Shown piece after piece: positions 1 through 9,256 of a stretch of 64,000 bases of DNA. The position numbers were made by a program, and so were the translations under genes. Under the pieces are notes generated by a model, which searched no databases, was not told the origin of the DNA, and worked only from the letters and a program-made list of their open reading frames with translations. This DNA is from a virus. Within the stretch, counting starts at the first letter, position 1. Every line of letters starts with the position of its first letter. The stretch lies in the IMG/VR virus record IMGVR_UViG_3300033075_001734, positions 51,692 through 115,691 of that record, one strand, 5' to 3'.

Positions 1-140
1 TTAAACTTCTTAATGCAATTAAAGATTTATTAAGTGAACGTGAAGAACGAGTTGAAAAGCGTTCAGCTTTAAAAGAATCAATTGCGTTCCTGAAAAGATC
101 ATCATTAAATGAATCTTTTGACGAAACGAAAGATTCAGTA

Positions 141-458
141 TTGTCATTGTTAGAATCAAAAAAATCTTATTCATTTCAAGATAATTTTGAATCTCTATTT
201 TGCGTGAAATATTCAACACCTTCACAAAACGTAAAAAATTATATGTTATGTGAAAATTTAAATGACCTTGAACAGGTTCCTCACATTGCAAAATTACCTC
301 ATAATGAAGTGATTAGAGTGCATGATGAAAAAGCTATTAATGAATATTGTCGTTCTTGGAATAATACACAGAAACTCAAGGGAAACCATCTTACGCTCGA
401 ATGGAATATGAGTCCGAATAAAAGAAATTTAGTTTTATTTAAGGTTAACGTAAAATGA
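141..458 (+). CDS. hypothetical protein
   Basis: ORF of 105 aa with no recognisable motif. Stop/start overlap with the next ORF suggests a coupled operon. Confidence 0.3.
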   Translation: MSLLESKKSYSFQDNFESLFCVKYSTPSQNVKNYMLCENLNDLEQVPHIAKLPHNEVIRVHDEKAINEYCRSWNNTQKLKGNHLTLEWNMSPNKRNLVLFKVNVK

Positions 459-1000
459 AGCGCTTGATTGAAACACTTGAAATACAAATAGCAATGCCCG
501 ACCCGGGTTACGGTGTGCCCTTAGAAAATATGATGTCTGAATGGGGTGATATTCCATATTCACAATTAAGCATTATTCTCGTGCATCTTAAATTTCTTGC
601 ACAAGTTCATCAAACGCATCATTGGACATGCAAAGGTGATAGCTTTTACGGTAATCATCTTTTGTTCGAAAGACTTTACAACACGATTCCTAGTGAAATT
701 GATGACATTGCTGAAAAAGCAATTGGTTTAGGAAGTATTGATAACGTAGAACTTCAATTACAATTATCACAAGTTGCAAAACTTTCTCAAAAGTATGGAA
801 TGGCATCAACGATTCAACAACCAACTGAATTATCAAAAAGATCTTTGATTGCAGAAATTGGTTTTCTTAGATGTGTTGCACATTGTGTTAAATCACTTGA
901 ACAACAAGGACTGTTAACGCGAGGTCTTGATAATTTACTCGCGGGAATTGAAGATACGCATGAAGGTAATGTATATTTACTTAAACAGGTAATGAGATGA
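455..1000 (+). CDS. Dps/ferritin-like protein
   Basis: Segment LAQVHQTHHWTCKGDSFYGNHLLFERLYNTIPSEIDDIAEKAIGLG matches the Dps signature (HHWNVKG..F..LH..FEE.Y.....D.IAERI..LGG). Confidence 0.55.
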   Translation: MKRLIETLEIQIAMPDPGYGVPLENMMSEWGDIPYSQLSIILVHLKFLAQVHQTHHWTCKGDSFYGNHLLFERLYNTIPSEIDDIAEKAIGLGSIDNVELQLQLSQVAKLSQKYGMASTIQQPTELSKRSLIAEIGFLRCVAHCVKSLEQQGLLTRGLDNLLAGIEDTHEGNVYLLKQVMR

Positions 1001-1090
1001 AAATTTATCTTAACGAAGAAACTATTCGCGATTCAAATGGAAATACTTACGAAGGTGATCGCGATAAAATTGTAAAAACGCTGGTTCGTT

Positions 1091-1474
1091 TTGGTGCAAC
1101 GCAACAAGAACGTGAACATGTTCTTTCTGGGGGCATTGCCTATTTCTTCTGCTGCATTAACTGCACTGAAACGTGAAAAATCAGTTAAACAAATTATCGC
1201 ACTAAAACCTTCTCGTGAAGAAAAACCATTTGTTCCACCTTCAATTAAAGCTGAAAAAGCATTTCAAGCTGCAATAACTTCATATTGCAAAAATTGGAAA
1301 GGTTATGCTAACGATACGTCAGATATTGATCCTGAAACAATGGCATCTGATGCTGCGTTAGGATTTTTTCATGATTATCCTCAATGGAAAACATGGGCAT
1401 CTACGTTAATGATGACAAAAACAGAAATGCATGAAATTGTTACTGATAGTGTGTATGATGCAATGATTAAATAG
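1091..1474 (+). CDS. hypothetical protein
   Basis: ORF of 127 aa with no motif. The true start may lie upstream. Confidence 0.3.
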   Translation: MVQRNKNVNMFFLGALPISSAALTALKREKSVKQIIALKPSREEKPFVPPSIKAEKAFQAAITSYCKNWKGYANDTSDIDPETMASDAALGFFHDYPQWKTWASTLMMTKTEMHEIVTDSVYDAMIK

Positions 1475-1512
1475 TTTGTGTATTAGTGCTCAAATTTGTG
1501 TTATCATAAATT

Positions 1513-1821
1513 ATGAGTTTTCAAAATAAACGTGGAAAAAATGTTTCTTTAGGTGAAAGACTTGAAAAATTTTCGCAAGTTATTCATGAACTTGATCCGA
1601 TAATGTTAAAAAGTCCACATGACGATGAATATGAATATGAAGCATTATACATTATGTCACAATATTCATTTCTAACAAAAATTCCTAATTACAATTTGGC
1701 TTGTCGTGTTATTAACAATGTTTTTTCACATCAATTTTATGACGGGTGTATCACACATAAAGACGTTGATGTAATTGCACAACACTTGATGTACATACAT
1801 GAATCACGAAAAGCATATTGA
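1513..1821 (+). CDS. hypothetical protein
   Basis: ORF of 102 aa. It is followed in the same frame, after a single TGA, by the next ORF. Confidence 0.3.
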   Translation: MSFQNKRGKNVSLGERLEKFSQVIHELDPIMLKSPHDDEYEYEALYIMSQYSFLTKIPNYNLACRVINNVFSHQFYDGCITHKDVDVIAQHLMYIHESRKAY

Positions 1822-2148
1822 ATGAAAGTTCGTCAAGAAGGTATACGTACCGGTGAGTGTTTAAAACGCTTAATTGAAATTTTAGAACAAGTTGATCCTT
1901 GGAGACTTTCGAATCAACTTCATATTGAATATGATTTTATAGCAATTCATATATTGTCAGTTTATTTTCAGCAAGTTCTTTTTTATTCTTCGCAAGAGTA
2001 TAAGATGCTTGCAAAAAACGTGATCGAATCATATCTTCTTACACCAAGAGTTATCGTGCTTGACAATGACATTGAAAAAATTTCAAATTCATTGGTTAAA
2101 ATTTATGAACTTCATTGCTATAAAATGGTTGATACTTCTTTAAAATGA
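1822..2148 (+). CDS. hypothetical protein
   Basis: ORF of 108 aa, in the same frame as 1513-1821 and separated from it only by TGA. Confidence 0.3.
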   Translation: MKVRQEGIRTGECLKRLIEILEQVDPWRLSNQLHIEYDFIAIHILSVYFQQVLFYSSQEYKMLAKNVIESYLLTPRVIVLDNDIEKISNSLVKIYELHCYKMVDTSLK

Positions 2149-2166
2149 AGGGTTATTTTAGTTTAA

Positions 2167-3201
2167 ATGCGAATTTTAATTACTGGCGCGGCGGGATTTC
2201 TTGGTAGTCATTTGATGTTACGACACCTCATGTTAGGGGATGAAGTTCTTGGCATTGACAATTATTGTTCTTCTTCACCTCGTTCTTTACATGTGAAACG
2301 AATTCAATCATTATGTAAATCTACTGGACGAGGACTGTTGTTTAACGCAGATATAAATAAAGAAAAGTCTGACAATTATTCTCATAACACAGTTGATGAA
2401 GCATTAGATAATTTTTATACATTGGGTCACGGTGATAATCCGATAGATTTAATCTACAATTTCGCATGTCCCGCATCACCTCCTGTTTATCAACGAATGC
2501 CAATTGAAACGTTGATGACATGTACGTTTGGTGTCAAAAATATTCTTGATCTAGCAAGTGAACATAAGGCGAAAGTTGTTCATGCATCTACGTCAGAAAT
2601 TTATGGCGATCCTGAAATTTCACCTCAAATTGAATCGTATCGTGGAAGTGTAAATACATGGGGACCTCGAAGTAATTACGACGAAGGTAAACGTTGCGCC
2701 GAAGCATTGTGTTATGAATACTTGCAAAAAGGCGTTGATGTTAGAGTTGCTCGTATCTTTAATACGTATGGACCTCACTTAGATCCAAATGACGGGAGAG
2801 TTATTTCTAATTTCATAATGCAAGCAGGAAATAACAAACCAATTACGATTTACGGCAGCGGACTACAGACGCGTAGTTTTTGTTATGTTACTGATTTGAT
2901 TCGTGGTATTACGTCTCTTTCAGAAAGTGAAAATTTTCTAATGCCTATTAATATCGGAAATCCTACAGAGTTTACAATATTAGAATTGTCAAGTTTAATC
3001 TACAAAATGTTTCCAAATGCACCCGACCTAATTCCACAACAATTACCAGTTGATGATCCCACACGCCGGTGTCCAGATATATGGCTTGCAAAAGGAATTT
3101 TAAAGTGGGAACCTAAAGTAAGTTTAAGTGAAGGACTTTATAAGTTAGCGTCAGAATGGTTTGAGCAAGGTATTATTGTTGAAAGGCCAATTCAAATATG
3201 A
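2167..3201 (+). CDS. UDP-glucuronate decarboxylase (UDP-xylose synthase), SDR family
   Basis: Rossmann motif ILITGAAGFLGSHL at the N-terminus. The stretch ASTSEIYGDPE...YDEGKRCAE...VRVARIFNTYGP...DGRVISNF...YGSG.QTRSF.YV.DL is nearly co-linear with UXS1-type enzymes, including the catalytic YxxxK. Confidence 0.85.
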   Translation: MRILITGAAGFLGSHLMLRHLMLGDEVLGIDNYCSSSPRSLHVKRIQSLCKSTGRGLLFNADINKEKSDNYSHNTVDEALDNFYTLGHGDNPIDLIYNFACPASPPVYQRMPIETLMTCTFGVKNILDLASEHKAKVVHASTSEIYGDPEISPQIESYRGSVNTWGPRSNYDEGKRCAEALCYEYLQKGVDVRVARIFNTYGPHLDPNDGRVISNFIMQAGNNKPITIYGSGLQTRSFCYVTDLIRGITSLSESENFLMPINIGNPTEFTILELSSLIYKMFPNAPDLIPQQLPVDDPTRRCPDIWLAKGILKWEPKVSLSEGLYKLASEWFEQGIIVERPIQI

Positions 3202-3389
3202 TTTACACACCCAAAGTAAAAGATGTAATCATTTACGAGTCCAAAAAAACTGGATATCGTTTTAAATGTGAAGTAACTTCGATAGAAGGAAATTGGTTAA
3301 TGGGAAATCCACTTCCCTTTAATATGAATGAACCAGGATATTTAATTTTGGAAGTTTTTCGAGATAAAAAATCAATTTATAGATGGTAA
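3198..3389 (+). CDS. hypothetical protein
   Basis: Small 63-aa ORF with an ATGA overlap to the upstream gene. Confidence 0.25.
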   Translation: MIYTPKVKDVIIYESKKTGYRFKCEVTSIEGNWLMGNPLPFNMNEPGYLILEVFRDKKSIYRW

Positions 3390-3696
3390 GATAATGAATA
3401 AGGTATTCAATGAAATTAAAGATGATCTTAAACGATATACACGTAATGAGTTAAAACGCTTGTGTAAAATACACAATATTAATACATGGGGATTGAAAAA
3501 ACGCTTATTGAAATTTTGTTAGTGCCTGTTTTGTTTAAAGATTATTTTGAAGCAACACAACGAAAATATCGTGAACAGCAAATAAAAATTTTGAGTAAAC
3601 GTTTGAAATATGGCGGAAAAAAAGAAAAAATGCTGAGAAACGTTTATTGAAATTTGGAGTTGTTTATGATCATAAATTTATTTTGTACATTGGTGG

Positions 3697-4332
3697 GTGA
3701 AAGTTGTGGGAGGCAAAAACAGAAATACATTACGAGCTAAACAACAATTGCATCTTGATTCACTTAAAGATAAAATTATTTTTTGGTATATTGAAGAGAA
3801 ATATACAACTATTCAAATTCAAAAATTAATTTTAGATTTAGGATTTAATTATACGATTGGTCAAATTGGATTTGCAATAACGAGATTTGGTTTAAAACGA
3901 AATAGGGACACAAAAACAGAAACGTTTTTGAATGCGATAAAAAACAGAAAATACAAATTAAAAAATTGTAATCATTGCATAGAAAAATTTTTACCTACGT
4001 CAAACAGTCAACTTTTTTGTCAGAACTGTTCACCGTGTTCTACACATTCAAGAAGAATTAAGAGATACGGTGTTGGGAAACAAGAATTTGATAAAATGTA
4101 TTTTGCGCAAGATGCAAAATGTGGTATTTGTAAATTAGAATTAGATTTAATGAACACAGTAGTTGACCACGATCATATAACATTGTATATTCGTGGATTA
4201 TTGTGTCGCAAGTGTAATTTAAAATTATGCGTTATTGAAGAAAAACAATTTGTAATAAATGCACAAGAATATTTGTCCTTTTATGAAAAAAATCCAAATG
4301 AAAATTTACGTGCAACTTTAAAGAGTAAATAA
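3697..4332 (+). CDS. HNH-family (Endo VII-like) endonuclease, putative homing endonuclease
   Basis: C-terminal CGICK...VDHDHITLYIRGLLCRKCN is the HNH/EndoVII motif (DHDH...RGLLC..CN). It sits immediately upstream of the split dnaE. Confidence 0.65.
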   Translation: MKVVGGKNRNTLRAKQQLHLDSLKDKIIFWYIEEKYTTIQIQKLILDLGFNYTIGQIGFAITRFGLKRNRDTKTETFLNAIKNRKYKLKNCNHCIEKFLPTSNSQLFCQNCSPCSTHSRRIKRYGVGKQEFDKMYFAQDAKCGICKLELDLMNTVVDHDHITLYIRGLLCRKCNLKLCVIEEKQFVINAQEYLSFYEKNPNENLRATLKSK

Positions 4333-6410
4333 TGAGTGAAATAAAAAGTCCTAACACCTTTTTTGGTCTTCATAACCATACGACGTTCAGCACATATGAT
4401 GGACTCGGTTACCCAGATGATCATTTTAAATTCTGCATGGAAAATGGCCTTGATGGTCATGCGATTACAGATCATGGTCATCTCAACAGTTATGCTCATG
4501 CTCAACTTTGGGTTGAAGATTGGAACAAGAAAAACAAAGAGAAACCGTTCAAGTATATTCCTGGCGTTGAAGCGTATTTTCACCCCGATCTTGAACAATG
4601 GAAACGTGACAAAGAAGCATTTGATCAATCAAAAATTGATAAAAAGGCTGCGAATCTTTTAAAGACTAAACAGGAAAAACTTCAATCAAAGTTAATCGCA
4701 GTCACTGACGGTGATGATGAAACCGAAAGCATTGAAATGAGTAATGCTCTCACGGTTGAAGATGAAGAAGAATCAAAGTCTACAAAAAACTTTAATCCTG
4801 TTAACAGAAGACATCACTTAGTTATACTTCCGAAGTCACAGAAAGGCCTTCAGAAAATCTTTGCCGCCGTGAGTAAAGGTTATATGCAAGGGTTTTATCG
4901 ATTTCCTAGAATTGATTCTCGCGTCCTCAAGGAAGCAGGAAAAGATGGCGACTTGGTAGTTTTAAGCGCATGCATCGCTGGGAGTCCTGCTTTTGAAGTT
5001 TTTCAGCAGGTTCAACAAGTGAAATTTGATGAACTGAGTGAAAAACTTCTTGATGATCCTGTGTTACTTGAAAAATGTGTAACATCAATTGGGAACGTAT
5101 ATGACTTAATGACAAGTTGTGTAGGTCAAGGAAATTATTATCTTGAACTTCAATTCAATAAACTTCCTGCACAGAATCTTGTCAATCGTGCGATAATTGA
5201 ATTCGCAAAACGCAGTGGTCAAACAAAACAACTTGTTGTTACTTGCGATGCACACTATTACAATCCTGATGTTTGGCGTGAGCGAGAGATTTACAAGAAA
5301 ATTGGGTTCATGAATTACAAGGACGTAGATCCTAATTCAATTCCAAAATCTCGCGACGAACTAAAGTGTGAACTTTATCCTAAGAATGCAACACAGGTCT
5401 GGGATGAATATCATCGTTCGAAAGCTAATACGTCGTTTTATGATGATGAACTTATTCGTGATGCCATTGAAAGAACTCATGACATTGCTCATAAAGTTAT
5501 CGGCGAAACACCACCAGATAGAACTTCAAAACTTCCTAGCGAAAAATTAGTTCCCAAAGATGAAACTGCATTTCAACATCTTGTAAAACTTTGCAAAGAA
5601 GGAATTGTTAAACGTAATCTCCATAATGATATTCGTTATGTTGAACGTCTCAAAGAAGAACTTGGCGTCATCAAAAAAATGAAGAATGCTGAGTACTTTG
5701 TAACGTATCAAAAGGTTACTGAACTTGCAAGAAAAAGGGTTCTTCTCGGGTGCGGGAGAGGATCTGGTGGGGGATCTTTAATCAATTACGTTCTGTACAT
5801 TACAGATCTCGATCCAATCAAATGGGATCTTCCATTTTCACGCTTTATCTCAGTGTACCGGCAAGGGGCTCCGGATATCGACTGTGTTAACTTTGATCAT
5901 TTAGTCATAATGGCTGATGGGACACATAAATTTGCTGGTGAAATTATGATTGGTGATGAAGTTTTGGGTGGTGATAATAAACCTCACAAAGTTCTTGAAA
6001 CATGGATGCGAGGTTCAAAACATGGCGAATTCGCATTGGAAATTTTTGTAAAAGCAGACAATGAAATATATGGTTGTATTGACGTCGTGCCAAATCATAA
6101 ATTCATTACAAATAATGGTGATATCGTAAAAGCAAATGAACTTAAGGTCGGTGATAAATTGATGTCTTCGTCAGAAGTTGAAATCGTTGAAATTAGGTTT
6201 TCAGCAAAAACTGATCAATTGTATGTTGATATCACCGTCGAAGATGATCATCGATTTCATGTAATTCCGTTTAATTGTGTAGTAAATGAATTAGAAATAA
6301 TGAATACGTATTCATATTGTAATGAGATGATTCCAAATACGTTTATTATGTGTGGCGAAGGTGAGAATTATTGCAATGCATCGTGTGAATCAAAGAGGAA
6401 TATTTGGTGA
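4332..6410 (+). CDS. dnaE: DNA polymerase III alpha (DnaE) N-terminal fragment, comprising the PHP domain, the palm start and an intein N-part
   Basis: PHP motif FFGLHNHTTFSTYDGLGYPDDHFKFCMENGLDGHAITDHGHL. The catalytic motif SRFISVYRQGAPDID is interrupted after PDID by CVNFDHLVIMADGT...DDHRFHV, which looks like intein blocks A-F. Confidence 0.85.
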   Translation: MSEIKSPNTFFGLHNHTTFSTYDGLGYPDDHFKFCMENGLDGHAITDHGHLNSYAHAQLWVEDWNKKNKEKPFKYIPGVEAYFHPDLEQWKRDKEAFDQSKIDKKAANLLKTKQEKLQSKLIAVTDGDDETESIEMSNALTVEDEEESKSTKNFNPVNRRHHLVILPKSQKGLQKIFAAVSKGYMQGFYRFPRIDSRVLKEAGKDGDLVVLSACIAGSPAFEVFQQVQQVKFDELSEKLLDDPVLLEKCVTSIGNVYDLMTSCVGQGNYYLELQFNKLPAQNLVNRAIIEFAKRSGQTKQLVVTCDAHYYNPDVWREREIYKKIGFMNYKDVDPNSIPKSRDELKCELYPKNATQVWDEYHRSKANTSFYDDELIRDAIERTHDIAHKVIGETPPDRTSKLPSEKLVPKDETAFQHLVKLCKEGIVKRNLHNDIRYVERLKEELGVIKKMKNAEYFVTYQKVTELARKRVLLGCGRGSGGGSLINYVLYITDLDPIKWDLPFSRFISVYRQGAPDIDCVNFDHLVIMADGTHKFAGEIMIGDEVLGGDNKPHKVLETWMRGSKHGEFALEIFVKADNEIYGCIDVVPNHKFITNNGDIVKANELKVGDKLMSSSEVEIVEIRFSAKTDQLYVDITVEDDHRFHVIPFNCVVNELEIMNTYSYCNEMIPNTFIMCGEGENYCNASCESKRNIW
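5883..6410 (+). mobile_element. intein N-terminal portion (blocks A, B and F) inserted in the DnaE PDxD catalytic motif
   Basis: Begins with Cys directly after PDID. Contains the Hint-domain block F DITVEDDHRFHV. It lacks a canonical terminal HN and ends in a 45-aa Cys-rich tail. Confidence 0.55.
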
Positions 6411-6628
6411 TGAAAATTATATTTGAAACAGAAAAAGATTGGACTAAACGTGTCAAATGCACAAAATGCAATTGTTCTATAGAACTTGACGTTCATGATC
6501 TTGATTACATTTCAAATCGATGTGATGGTGCATCATATCAATGGCAATGTCCTAAATGTAAATATTATACATTTTTGAATGCAACAAAAATTCCCGCCAA
6601 TATAAGATGTATTATACGAGGCCTTTAA
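6404..6628 (+). CDS. small CxxC...CxxC zinc-ribbon protein
   Basis: Motif KCTKCNC...CPKCK. It is a tandem paralog of the next ORF. Confidence 0.4.
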   Translation: MVMKIIFETEKDWTKRVKCTKCNCSIELDVHDLDYISNRCDGASYQWQCPKCKYYTFLNATKIPANIRCIIRGL

Positions 6629-6862
6629 ATGAAAATTATTTCTACACCTAAACTTGAACAATGGTCAAAGCAATCTACGTGTACATCATGTAAAACTGTT
6701 GTTGAACTTGAATATCGTGATTTGCATAGTTTTTATAGCGATCAGCGCGATGGTTCATCATGTCAATGGACTTGTCCAACATGTAAACGAAGCGTATATG
6801 AAAATGCGGAAAACATTCCTTCATATGTAAAAATTGCTTATGCAGATGGGCGCTTGAAATAA
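6629..6862 (+). CDS. small CxxC...CxxC zinc-ribbon protein (paralog)
   Basis: CTSCKTVVELEYRDLH...CQWTCPTCK is co-linear with the previous ORF. Confidence 0.4.
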   Translation: MKIISTPKLEQWSKQSTCTSCKTVVELEYRDLHSFYSDQRDGSSCQWTCPTCKRSVYENAENIPSYVKIAYADGRLK

Positions 6863-6977
6863 TGAAACTTAAAACAATTAATAACATTTTAAGAAAATTT
6901 GGAATTGTGTTGGTAGTTGAAATAGGTGATAATTTTGAACCAATTGTTTTACGTATACAACAAGCGAGGTCATTTAA

Positions 6978-7274
6978 ATGAAACAACAAATGACATTAAT
7001 AAAAGTTACAGACGTAGAGCATCGAATGATTATGGATTTCCGAGAAGGAATGAAACAATATATTCATGATAAAACTGCATCATTTAAGAAATCTTATCAT
7101 GATTATCGATATGCGCATCACTATAAATACAAAAATAAATCATTTTGGATTTTAAGTGAATTTTATTCCAGCGACGAAAATTCCATTGAAATGGTTGACA
7201 ATAAGGAATGGGAACAAGAATATTTAGAAAATATCGTTGTTAACACTGATTATTCGTATTTGTGGAATAAATAA
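6978..7274 (+). CDS. hypothetical protein
   Basis: ORF of 98 aa. Confidence 0.3.
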   Translation: MKQQMTLIKVTDVEHRMIMDFREGMKQYIHDKTASFKKSYHDYRYAHHYKYKNKSFWILSEFYSSDENSIEMVDNKEWEQEYLENIVVNTDYSYLWNK

Positions 7275-7801
7275 TGGCACAGCGAATCATCATGTTGGTT
7301 GGACCAGATCGTTGTGGAAAAACCGAAATCGCCAAAGAGCTTTCAAAGCGAACTGGAATTCCAAGATTTAAAGCATCAACAGAACACGATACGTATCTTA
7401 ACGGATTAGGTGGGTTTTTGAATCAATTACTTTATGCCGATCCTCGTGCATTTGATCTTGCAAAACAAATTGGATTTAGCATGATTATGGACAGGGCATA
7501 TCCATGTGAAAAAGTTTATTCAAAAGTTTTCAACAGAAAAACTGATGAAATGGTTCTTGACATCATGGATAAACGTTGGGCATCGTTGGGAACTAAAATT
7601 GTTATTTGTTATCGATCTTCATACAAGGGAATTGTTGATGATTTGGATTCAAGTATTAATGAAACAGTTCTTGAAAAATTGTCACAGGAATATTTTAATT
7701 TTGCCGCGTGGACGAATTGCGATGTCATGATGTTAAATGTCGATGACGAAAATCTTGATCGTGAAGTAACTGAAATAATGAATTGGTTGGAAAGAGAATA
7801 A
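7274..7801 (+). CDS. P-loop nucleotide/nucleoside kinase-like protein
   Basis: Walker A motif MLVGPDRCGKTEIAKEL at the N-terminus, in the size range of dNMP/dN kinases. Confidence 0.45.
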   Translation: MAQRIIMLVGPDRCGKTEIAKELSKRTGIPRFKASTEHDTYLNGLGGFLNQLLYADPRAFDLAKQIGFSMIMDRAYPCEKVYSKVFNRKTDEMVLDIMDKRWASLGTKIVICYRSSYKGIVDDLDSSINETVLEKLSQEYFNFAAWTNCDVMMLNVDDENLDREVTEIMNWLERE

Positions 7802-8481
7802 TGGTTAAAATCACAAATTATGATGATGGGTTTTTTGATGATGGTCGAAAGTATTTTGCTCATGGACTTTTAGCATGGAAAACATTCGTTGAAAATGACT
7901 TAAAAGCAACATCATTAGCAGATTTCGGATGTGGTCAAGGTGATTGGCTTGAACCTCTCAAAAATCTTATTCCCGTTTGGGGTTGTGACGGATACGCCGA
8001 TCCGAATAATCTCAGAATTGATATTGCTGATTTTAGAAAAATTGACATAGGTACAGTTGATCCTAAGACGCTTGATGTCGGGAAACGTGATGTTGTAATG
8101 TCACTGGAAGCAATGGAGCACGTGTCAAACGACAAGGAATCAAATTTTCTCGATTGTCTATTAACGCCAGATCCTAGGCTTGTTGTCTTTGGTGTCGCTT
8201 CTGGTTATGGAATTTATGATCCTAATCAGGTAAAAATCAATCGTTTGGGTGAAGCCATTCCAGGTGGTCCAAAATGGCATGCTCAATTTGGTAGACATCA
8301 TGTTAATTGTCAACCTGTTGATGTTGTCGTTGATAAAATGTTAGCACGTGGTTATACGGTTGATATTCCACTATCTGCAAAATTTGCTTCATTGCGGGTG
8401 CCTTCTGGAAAAGGCATCCGAACAAAGTATGCATTTGCTGGGTTTTATAGAAAGAATACAAGGGTCTATAAAAAACTGTAA
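7783..8481 (+). CDS. class I SAM-dependent methyltransferase-like protein
   Basis: Motif I-like LADFGCGQGDWLEPL and a downstream acidic VVMSLEAMEHV motif. Confidence 0.4.
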   Translation: MVGKRIMVKITNYDDGFFDDGRKYFAHGLLAWKTFVENDLKATSLADFGCGQGDWLEPLKNLIPVWGCDGYADPNNLRIDIADFRKIDIGTVDPKTLDVGKRDVVMSLEAMEHVSNDKESNFLDCLLTPDPRLVVFGVASGYGIYDPNQVKINRLGEAIPGGPKWHAQFGRHHVNCQPVDVVVDKMLARGYTVDIPLSAKFASLRVPSGKGIRTKYAFAGFYRKNTRVYKKL

Positions 8482-8518
8482 CAGTGTAATTGTTAACGTA
8501 TTAAGACTAGAATAACTT

Positions 8519-9256
8519 ATGCTTCATTCTTTCCTAAATACAGGAAAGTCAGTTGTTGTTCATAACACTGACGTATCTGATCGCGATAAAGTCCTTGATG
8601 AATTGCGAGATTTCTTCGGGTATGAAAATGTAGTACCTATTTCAAATTTTAACTTAATGAAGGTAAAATCACTTCTTAAGGATCTTGCAAAGTTTTATGG
8701 CGTTCCTTATGAAGAAGTGAATCATGCAACGAGAACAGTTGAACAATCTGTTCGTTCTGCAACCATGAAACACGGTGATGACAAGAATTTATTTGTATTG
8801 ACATATGAAGAAGCATTAAAGTACGACAAACCGTTTAGTGACTTCATTGAAAAATACCCAGAAGTCGGTAAATCAATGTTGGTTTTGTTCAAACAAAACC
8901 GAAGTTTAAGTCGTCATGCGGGTGGAATTCTTGTATGTGATGACTTACCTAACAAAATGCCTTTAATTACGTCATGCGGTGAACCTCAAACACCGTGGGT
9001 CGAAGGTGTAAGTTCAAAACATCTTGAGAAAATTGGAAATTTTCTCAAGCTCGATATTTTAGGGTTAGAAACGCTTCGCCTTATTGAACGTACTATTGAA
9101 TTAATTATCAAAAAACAAGGTGGAATAATTCAGTTTGAAATTGACGGGAAAGTAAACAGAGTTGTTGGATCAAAAATGATCATGTTGAGTGATGGATCAA
9201 CAAAACGTGCCGATCAATTAAAGGAAAATGATGATATCATGTCCATTTTGCAATAG
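8519..9256 (+). CDS. dnaE: DnaE middle fragment, beginning with a short intein C-part (MLHSFLNTGKSVVVHN)
   Basis: SVVVHN|T is a canonical intein block G / +1 Thr junction. The sequence TDVSDRDKVLDELRDFFGYENVVPIS...GVPYEEV...HAGGILV...LKLDILGLETLRLIE that follows matches the DnaE palm, which would rejoin PDID. Confidence 0.8.
   Translation: MLHSFLNTGKSVVVHNTDVSDRDKVLDELRDFFGYENVVPISNFNLMKVKSLLKDLAKFYGVPYEEVNHATRTVEQSVRSATMKHGDDKNLFVLTYEEALKYDKPFSDFIEKYPEVGKSMLVLFKQNRSLSRHAGGILVCDDLPNKMPLITSCGEPQTPWVEGVSSKHLEKIGNFLKLDILGLETLRLIERTIELIIKKQGGIIQFEIDGKVNRVVGSKMIMLSDGSTKRADQLKENDDIMSILQ

Noticed and set aside
6411-8518. Group I/II intron between dnaE fragments 1 and 2
   Set aside because: The break falls between intein blocks rather than inside an extein codon. 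The interval encodes five ordinary-looking genes with their own starts. No intron RNA structural signatures are recognisable by eye. A split gene or split intein is the more economical explanation.
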